From: Chlorokybus atmophyticus
Taxonomy: Eukaryota; Plantae; Mesostigma and Chlorokybus algae
Assembly: GCA_009103225.1 (NCBI GenBank)
Contig: RHPI01002823.1
Coordinates: forward strand, 133,104-197,103
DNA length: 64,000 nt
Direction of reading: 5' to 3'
The notes under the pieces: generated by a model
Database searches by the model: none
The model's input: the letters and a program-made list of their open reading frames with translations, nothing else
What the model was told of the DNA's origin: nothing
Translations under genes and position numbers: made by a program
Part shown: one piece after another, positions 55,337 to 64,000 of the stretch
Position numbering within the stretch: the first letter of the stretch is position 1
How the letters are laid out: every line of letters begins with the position of its first letter

Positions 55337-57206
55337 CAATGATGGCAACCACACTCACTGCACACCAAAACACAAAGCAAAGCTGTCAATCGTGGCTGCG
55401 CCTACGCAAATTAAAGCGTAAAAGCAGCTGAAACCCAAAGGACAGATCCACTATTAGATTTCAGTGACCATATAAACGGAGCTAGCAACACTAAAGCTTC
55501 AACCATTCAACCGCTTTGCACCTGCATGGCAGCTTCACTTCGCAGCATCATCGCCTCTCCACCTTGCACAAGCGGATCCCCGCAGCCAAACCCTCTGTTC
55601 AGTCACAGCAGACTGCTGCCTCACAATGATGCCAGCACACAGCTGGCCTGGCGCCCCACCTCGACCACAACGCCTAGCTGCTGCCTCAGCTGCTGGCTCA
55701 GATCTGACTACCGTCCGACACACTTGTGCGTAAGCTATATTCACCGTGTCCCCACTGACATTGTGGTACCACCACGCTTCTACTCCAGCTACTCCTCCTT
55801 CTCGCCCTTTTCCGCCGCCGCCGCCGCCGCCGCAGCAGCAGCCACTGCCGCAATAGACACGATTCAGCTGGTAAGTTGATGATGAGTCATTGGAGATTAT
55901 GGTGCCAGCCACTGCAATCGAGTGGTACAGTGTCATGGACCACTACTAGGGGGTAGTGGTGTAAAAGTGATTGATATTGTTCATAAAGGGGAAGACTGCT
56001 ACGGCTAAAGCATACCTGGTATTGCCTTAGCAAGGTTGGTAACTTGTAGACCAGTGGTAAGGTCTGCCCTTGCTGTATAAACATAAATTTGCAAAGCACT
56101 GCGTACATGCCTCTATAGTATGATATTAAGCCAGACACTACGTAGCGTCATGCTTATCTGCTGCTGTGTGTGCGAGTGCGCGTGTGAGGTTGTGTTGCCT
56201 TGCGTGTTTGCAGCACATTTGCATCAGTACCACCAAAAAGCCTATACATTAGTACCACCGGAAAGCCTATACATTTGCACACCACTGCAAGCATCCCCGC
56301 CCTCCGCCCCACCTAACCTACATGCGCTTCCTGCTGCTGCTACGCCCCAACTCTTGCCTGCCTACCTGCTTGCTGCCCTACCTCCGCCCCATCGCATATC
56401 ACTAAGCTACTACACATAGATAGTGGCATGCCCCCTTATATTCTAATGAGCTCTGCCTGTTCATAATGACTGTGTGCATTTGTGCCACTTGCCTAAGAGG
56501 TAAATACATGTGATGCGTCCGCATGCTTGCACAGCAAGGTCCTCCTCTCATTTGAGCAAGAACGATTACTCTTTGCGATTATAGTGCAACTTCCCTTTAA
56601 GCACACTCGTTCTAAGCGCAACCTCGAGTTGAGCAGGTTTTAGGGGAACCATAGGTACACTAATGCACATTGGTTGCGTGCATCAGGTAAATCACTTTCC
56701 TTAGCACTATCACCTGTCAGCACACTCAATAAGTATCATTTGTGTTTACAACAACTTTCGCTGCCATAGCCTGGTGGTCACAACAACGGTGTTATATATT
56801 ACACATATACTTATGTATCTATGAACGTACATATACATATGTACACGTGTATATACGCCAGCGTCCCAACCGAGACCATACGAGAGAATACATGGCGCTT
56901 TACAACGACTGATTGCGCTACTCTAAGATTTAACAAAGTATTAAGAAGTTGAGCAAGCCTCTGAGAGGAGCGGAATATCGTAAACACTCGTGTATGTACG
57001 TACACGCATAAAGAAGTACGTATGTGAGTACGTGATATATATGAGCTACTTGCATGAGCATGCATGTGCAACCGTATGCATATATGGTACGCACGTACTT
57101 ATACATGTTACTATTATGAGTATAGTAGACTATACGTATCCATACACATGCGTGCGTGCGTGTGTGCGTGCGTGCGTGTGTTTGCCAATATGCTTCTGGT
57201 CTTGTA

Positions 57207-58524
57207 CCGTATCTACCTCAACACAGTCCCCCCGTGTCAATTGGGATAAATTGTGACAGACCTCACTTATGGGAGTGTCTTTTACTATCATAGCATAGTG
57301 GTCGGGCCCCAATTGTTACCATGGTAACGGAGGTTGACGTCTCAAGTTCAATTCCCGTAGGAGACTGAGGCAGATCCAAGGCAAAAACAAAAACATTTGG
57401 GGCGGCTTGCCCTAGGCTGGGCGCGGGATCAAAACCCGCGCGCCAAGCCAGTTCAACCTAAGGCCGCGTGAGCGGTCGCGCTGCGATAGCAGGTCGCGCG
57501 GCGAGGATGGCCGTTCGGTCGGTCATGACATTCGTGGGCCGGATCCAACAGGCCGCAGACCAATCGTGGTACGGCCGCGAACACGGCGACGTGGGCTAGT
57601 GCCTCGTTGGATTATGAGGAACTCATGGGTTAAATTGGGGAGGAATGTCACGAATTGGGATAAATTGTGGCAGACCTCACTCATGGTAGTGTCTTTTACT
57701 ACCATAGCCTAGTGGTCGGGCCCAATTGTTACACCCCCTCAATTTTGCTGAGGGGGACTGTATTAGAAGGGGGATTGTGTTATGATGGGGGGGACTTTGT
57801 TGTGTAGCTGAGCGCAGCATAGTCCCCCCGAATTACGTCATCAAATGTGTGGGTTACGCCATTGATTGTAGCCGCAATATCGTAACCTTTACTGGTGCCG
57901 GCAGGCCAGCTGCAAAGGAGGCAGCACCTTAATGGCCCATAAGAAAGGAAACATATGTGTCAGAATGGCCCTACAACTTGTGGGCCATTCTGTCTTTCTT
58001 ATGGGCCACAAGAAAGACAATTAACATCACATGTCATGTCACACACGTTAACATAGCAAGCATATACATGTACCACGCTACAAAAGATATCATAAATACA
58101 CATAATATGTGCGGTATCATCATATACATTGACGCATATGACATTGTCATATATGCATCCATTATTGCAAGTTTTATATATGTTGTTACAATAAATTGAA
58201 ATATATACACACTTAACGGATATTAACATCACAAATTTACAAAAAAAAACACATTTTACACACATGTAAACCACATATAGAGTACAGTCCCCCTTTGAGG
58301 GGACAATTACTTAGGGGGGGGGGGGGGGGGGGGNNNNNNNNNNNNNNNNNNNNNNNNNNNNNNNNNNNNNNNNNNNNNNNNNNNNNNNNNNNNNNNNNNN
58401 NNNNNNNNNNNNNNNNNNNNNNNNNNNNNNNNNNNNNNNNNNAAAGTCCAAACACAGTCCCCCCCTCGAAAAAGCCGCGGGGGATTGTGTTTAGGGGGCG
58501 GGGACCGTGTTGGGGTAAATCCGG
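57207..58524. mobile_element. Non-autonomous Tc1/mariner-like element (MITE) with TA target duplication
   Basis: 25-bp TIRs matching at 21/25 (CCGTATCTACCTCAACACAGTCCCC vs GGGGACCGTGTTGGGGTAAATCCGG), with TA on both sides (57205-57206, 58525-58526). Internal ACAGTCCCCC-type repeats. Two ~78-bp direct repeats (57241-57319, 57655-57732). No transposase ORF. Confidence 0.75.
58334..58442. other. Assembly gap (N run) after a poly-G tract
   Basis: 109 N. Confidence 1.
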
Positions 58525-59029
58525 TACATCAATGCCATTCGAGTTGTCATGCAATATCCGCATCGTCATTCATCGTGACGTATCAATGCGGCCCGCAATT
58601 ATTATATGCATTGGAGCACAGCCTTACTACTCGCATCGACGGGAAACAAGTTGATTCAACGTGTCATAGCCCACAACTTTGTTGTTCACAAGTAGGTTCA
58701 TGTTGCTTATAATTATATCTAATTTAGGATTGTTACTGATGATCCATTAGGTATGTTTCAATTTTACTGTGCCATGTCAATGGCTGAATTTTACATTCAA
58801 AGGCCAATGACAAGCTCGTAGATTCAAGTTCATGCCTTCAATCAGAATCTACAAGTGTAAAAATCGCAAAATCCCATCAAAACGTAGCTGCTAGTGAGCT
58901 GTCCGTACCCTTGTCAACCACAGTGACCGCCAACTCCCAGCACAACCAGCCAACTCAATCATCAAACCGGTCGACGCACCAAAAATTCTGCCAGTTAGTG
59001 GCAAACTTGCCAGCAAACTTGCCGGCTTG

Positions 59030-61409
59030 ATGTACTCATATCGGTCTCGCCACGTCGGAGCGACCAGTCCCCTGTCTAATGCGGTTCCGTACACGTCTGT
59101 GGTGCCTGTGCATGTGTCAGGCGCGTGGAGCAGGCGGCGGAGGAGGTGGCGGTGGAGGAGGAGGAGGCGGAGGCGGCATGGACCCGCAGGAGGCTCCCGT
59201 CAGAAAGGCGGACACGGCCCTTCACAAGCAAAACCAGGGTGTGTGCCTTTTGTCCCTGCAACGCAGGCCAATTGAGGCCTCACTGTGGCCTGAACTTGAG
59301 CTTGAGCTCAGCTCTCTCAAGTTGTCTTCAACCAGGCCGCCTGGCCTAGCAATGTCCCTTCGTGTTTAGCTTGAGCTTTGGTTGTTATGCTGCATTGGCA
59401 CAGAGCGGCTTGACACACCAGTTGTTGTGCAGAGCCATGCTTTCGGCCAGCATGCCTTGTGTTGGTGTCTATGTTTGTGGTTTTCTCTGTCCATGCATTC
59501 AATATTTGGTCGGGCATTCGCAGTCTCGGTTACTGCGCATGAGCTCAAAGAACGCTTCAATGCATGCAGGTGCCCCCTTGACTGGTGTTCCAAGCAGGAA
59601 GAAGGGCACCTGGTTTACGGAATGGCAGCCCCCGCCGGAGCTCCAGACGGTCATGAAGCCCTGGCGAGAGAAAAACCCCGGTACATGCTTACATCCAAGT
59701 CCCAGTCGCAGCCGACATCAGTTTTTCTTCCGTGCTTTTTATATGCATACACCCTGCTTCTGATTGTTGGATTGTATTTTTGTTAATCTTCCAGAAGGGC
59801 AGCGGCCGGATTTACGTGACAGAACCCCACCGCTATGTGCACAGGTGACACACATGTAGTTTCATACACAGACACATAAAACTAGCTGTCTGCACTCCCC
59901 TTGCAAGTGGTCAATTATGTTGTTGTCTTGCTCTCTCTCCTCTCATGAGCATGCTTCTGCAATTCACAATTAGGTGGCTGAAGTGTATCAGCGCAATGGC
60001 CTTGTCAAAGACGGCGTCTGGACACACGGACTATGGGTATGTGTACATGACATGCCGTGTATCCCCTAGCGTGTGGGTGGATGGGTGGTGATGGTAAATG
60101 ATGTCATTCTTGCGAGCAGGAGATGTGGGCGGGAAAGCACACGTACTCAAAGGCGGCTGTGCACATCGACTGCTGGAACTCATACCGGGTAAGCCAAGAA
60201 GCGATGGGCCAAAGCAACCACAATCCAACTATGTGTGTGTGGACGTGCGTACATGCGATTGTGACCATCTCTCTCTCTCTCTCTGTGTCCGTGTGTGTGT
60301 GCAGATCAAGCCATGGCAGTGGAGAGGTCTGTGCTTCGGACGCACCTGCGGAGAATGCTTTTGGGTGAGTGCAGTTGTAGTTGCAACTTACATCCCGTCA
60401 GTTTCGTGCATAAACCACATTGTGTGACTGTGCATCAATGTGCATGTGCGTGTTCATGTCACACTCTTTTGTGTTGGCAGACGGGGTGTCAGAACACGAG
60501 GTGGACGCGTATGGCTATTGGTGCGCGTTTGGGTCGGGAGTACGACCCAGCGCAGATGCGCGACAACAAGGTGGACGAGAGCACCTTAGCATTGGATTAC
60601 AGTCATGAGGCGGGCGTGATGTCGTGCGGGCTCTGCGCCGTCAACTGCGTCCTCGGACTCGGCTACCACACCATCGCTACGTGCGGCGGGACGTACGGAC
60701 TCAACCTCACGTCGTGCTACACGTGCAACGCCAGACGCCGCATACGCGAGAAGTGAGTGCAAGTGTGTATGTGTGTGTGCGCACACAGTTGCGCCCGCCC
60801 GTGCATGTGGATGTGCGCGTGCGTGCGTGCGCGTGAAAGCGTGTGTGTGGGTGCATTATCTTATCTGTCCTTCAATCAGGTATGGCTTGCCTCCGGCGTT
60901 CGGGTTGCCACCTGGCGTGGACGACTGCGTGGTTCACCTTTGCTGCTTCTACTGCTCCAGCCACCAGGAGCTGCGCGAGCTTGTCGTGCGTGGCGTGGAC
61001 GGTATGCATCTCAAGACAACACCCAACAGCTGCACTTTGATATCTGAACTTAAACTTGAGCTGTTTACTTGTGCCTGATGACGCATGCACATGTGTGTGT
61101 GTGTATGTGTGTGGGCGAACACACACACACACAAACTCTGTCACTGACTTACTGACTCACTCAGGACCTGGCCTGCATATCCTTGATGTCTGTGAGGACT
61201 CCTATGACAAAGTGCCTGGCATATTGGACGCCGTCCAAGCCCGTAAAGCTCTGGTACGCTGCTTAACTCATTACATATCCTAGGGTTGAGCTAGGCATGC
61301 GTGGTTGTCATGGGCGGTGCTGTCATTGTGGCAGGTGCTCGACATGATCCGCGTGCGCCGGCACACGCCAGGCAATGTCATACCAGAGGCGCAAATGATG
61401 CAGCGGTGA
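59030..61409 (+). CDS. PLAC8-family Cys-rich protein (start uncertain, 59030 or 59178)
   Basis: GVWTHGLW, CGECFW, SCYTCNARRRIREK|YGLPPAFGLPPGVDDCVVHLCCFYCSSHQELREL. Confidence 0.8.
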
Positions 61410-62438
61410 AGACGCCACAATATGGAAGGTGAAGATGACCTGGAATGAAGCATTATTCAACTGAAGTACTATTCAACTTCATTTCCACCCAGCTGCGCCA
61501 TCTACGCTTCCTTCATGCTTTCTTTCTTCCTTTCAGTTATCCTTCCGTCATTTGTTTCTTGCTTTGCTCTTTCCTTCCTTCCTTCCGTTCTTCTTCTTTC
61601 AGAGCGCACAGGCAGGAGCAAAAAGCAATGTACATACGCCCCGGTCAGGACTATCTCTGTGCCACACACAGAGATGATGTGCAGATGGCTAGTCTGGAGT
61701 GCTTTGTATGGCTTCAGATACAACAACTTGCTCTTTGTAGAAGCTTTGGGGATGCATGTAGCCAAGGCTTCATGCTTGTTGCCTCACTTCAAGCTTGGGA
61801 CGTTGGGAGTTTCAGCAAAGATCTTGCATCAATTGACCGCATGTCTACAACTTTCTGCACCATCTGTATATATGGTAGTGCTTTCGCTTTATGTTGCTGT
61901 TAAGTGCGCCCATGTTGCAAAGCTTTTGCGATCTTGTTGCACTGGCCTTGACGCAGTCCATACACAGCACCGTGCATATCCTAGACACAGCATTACATAC
62001 ATTCTACACTGCGAGTGCTGTCGGTGATGAATATGTCATGCATGGCATATCCCTCATTGCATACTTTGTACACGGTGGTGCTGTGGAACATAAGGTGTGG
62101 TAGAATTGATCAGACTGTACATACGCATGCACTACCACAACACATTGTTCATGGCCACGCAGCACACCCACTTGTGCCTTCCACGACAATACCAGTAGTG
62201 AATTGTGTTGTGATGAAGACAAAGGAAGCAAGTCTACGTGTTGCAAAACAGACAATTGATGTTTTTGTGCAACCAACACCGCAACAAAGCATGCTCCATA
62301 GGGACAAGCATACAAGACAGGAGTAGCATCATGCCCACGCGCAACCAAGTACTGTCTGTGACACATGGCACACATTTGCCGAGTGCTTGCGCGGTGCGCT
62401 TGGGGCAGGAGGTCCAGATGACATCGAGATACAACTCT

Positions 62439-63947
62439 TCATTTATAGTTGAAGCGCGCTTGCTTGCGTCCCATCTGCTGCTTGTTCCTGCCGGCTCCCC
62501 CGCCTCTCCCTCCCCTCTTGCCCTTCCCCCCGCCCCTGCCGCCCTGCGCCCTGCCCCTCTGCTTCTCACGCACCGCCGCCAGCGGCATCGCCTTGACCTT
62601 CTGCTTCTCACGGTTGCTCTTGCCGCCAGTCTGACAGAGTTGAGACACAGCAAGTCAGTTGCGTCGTTCACCATGTCTCGCACACGGCCCGTGTGAGCAG
62701 GTAACTGAGTACTAACACGTGTACATGCATGTCTGACGGGGTAGGCGAGATAGGGGTAGTGTGGTAGTGAGATAGGGGTAGTGAAGGATGTAGTGTGTGT
62801 GCACCCGATGGTTATACGCTGGCAGTGTGTCAATGTTTTAAGCATGTAACTGCTGCTGCATGCGACTGCTACACCCATGCATGTGATACCATACGCAGAA
62901 TGACAGTATACACCTTTTGTACGCACACGTGCTCACAGACATACACTCCCGCGCACGCCCACTCCCGCGCACATGTATGTATGTGGGTACCATAGCGCTC
63001 ATACACACATGCAGAGGCCTGCATGGTATAAACACAAACACCTCAGGCAGTACCTTAAGCTTCTTGCGAGCGGATGCAGCGCCGAATGCAGGCCTGTCTT
63101 CTCGTCCGGCACGCACCATGGCCAGCCTCTCCTCCTTGTTGAGCTTCTTATGAGCGGAGCCCTGACGCCAATCGACACAAAATACGTAACAACATTGCCA
63201 TAGAATCTGACAAAAGAGTTGATACAATGCAACTGTGCGCGTACCAGCAGGTTGCTCGGATCGATTCTCCGGTCTGCGAGCTCTTCGGGCCTTCTGTGTG
63301 CCTCGTGTTCATGATCAGCTGCCTGGCCTTTGAGTTTCTTCAGGCCGTGCTTGCCCATAGCAGAGTCCAACATTGCTTTTTCCTGTGGCAGAGCAAGAGC
63401 ATTGAGCAATGAGGCATACCGCCTGTGTGTGTGTGTGTGCGGGCGGGCGGGCGCGCGTGCGTGGGTGTTTNGGGGGGGGGGGGGGGGGGTACGCACACAT
63501 GCTCGGGTATGTGTGCATATATGGGCGTAAATGTGTGCACGCATGCACGCACATGTGTATGCTCCTGCGCATCGGAATGCATGTGCGTGACAACGCACAA
63601 TTGTGAATGTGTAGTTAACTCATCATGTGTACCTTCAGCTCTCGTATCCTCGCGAAGTCTTCGCTGGAAAGAAACGTCTGCGTGGGGTCGATTTCAACTG
63701 GCGCTTCGGTCTCCTGTTTGTGGCTACTTAGCAACTCGGCCTGCTTGCGCTTGAGACTGCGCAGGCTCTCGGGTTGGGCCGACTGCTGCGGCTTGGACGT
63801 GCTGGGTTTTGCAGACCTCCTTGCCTCCAACTCTACAAGCAACACATAAGAAACCGCTGACTTTTGTGTGCACACGCATACGCACACACCCATGCACGCA
63901 TGCCCCCGCACACTCGCGCATGCACACATGCACGCATATGCGCGCAT
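62439..63947 (-). CDS. SDA1: Protein SDA1 homolog (60S biogenesis), 3' part only
   Basis: QTFLSSEDFARIRELK, KKLNKEERLAMVRAGREDRPAFG, TGGKSNREKQKVKAMPL with a basic C-terminal tail. Confidence 0.8.
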
Positions 63948-64000
63948 TCATGTATGCATGCGCGTGCACACACATCTCGCAACCCAAAGCTGAAACCCAT

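Noticed and set aside
55526-56419. Short ORFs upstream of the phosphatase (MAASLRSII...)
   Set aside because: Low complexity, no recognisable domain and no consistent exon chain; may be UTR or promoter sequence.
57241-57732. Two ~78-bp direct repeats with a spacer, as a CRISPR-like array
   Set aside because: Only two units, too long for CRISPR repeats, no cas genes, and a eukaryotic context inside a TIR element.

Overview
Eukaryotic, intron-rich DNA that looks green-algal or plant-like (plant-type MED15, organellar MetRS with an Ala/Arg-rich transit peptide, Ser-Pro(n) wall glycoprotein; standard genetic code). All calls come from manual translation and motif recognition; no database searches were run. 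Bases 1 to about 12,934 are the right-hand part of a large, multi-gene Plavaka-type (CACTA/CMC-like) DNA transposon whose left end lies outside the window. Besides its transposase (minus strand), it carries a zinc-finger + Tudor + phage/actinobacterial-type C5 DNA methyltransferase gene, a zinc-finger + OTU deubiquitinase gene and several orphan genes. Most of these genes sit in head-to-head pairs whose shared promoter regions contain clusters and hairpins of one motif (GTACCAT/ATGGTAC). This copy has nonsense and frameshift lesions. The remaining ~51 kb is ordinary host gene space: an Ig-like repeat protein, MED15, a GT47 exostosin, two hypothetical proteins, a C-type lectin/HRGP, a penta-EF-hand protein, SMPD4, organellar MetRS, a purple acid phosphatase, a PLAC8 protein and the 3' part of SDA1. 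It also holds a TA-flanked Tc1/mariner-like MITE, microsatellites and two N gaps. No rRNA, tRNA or CRISPR array was recognised.
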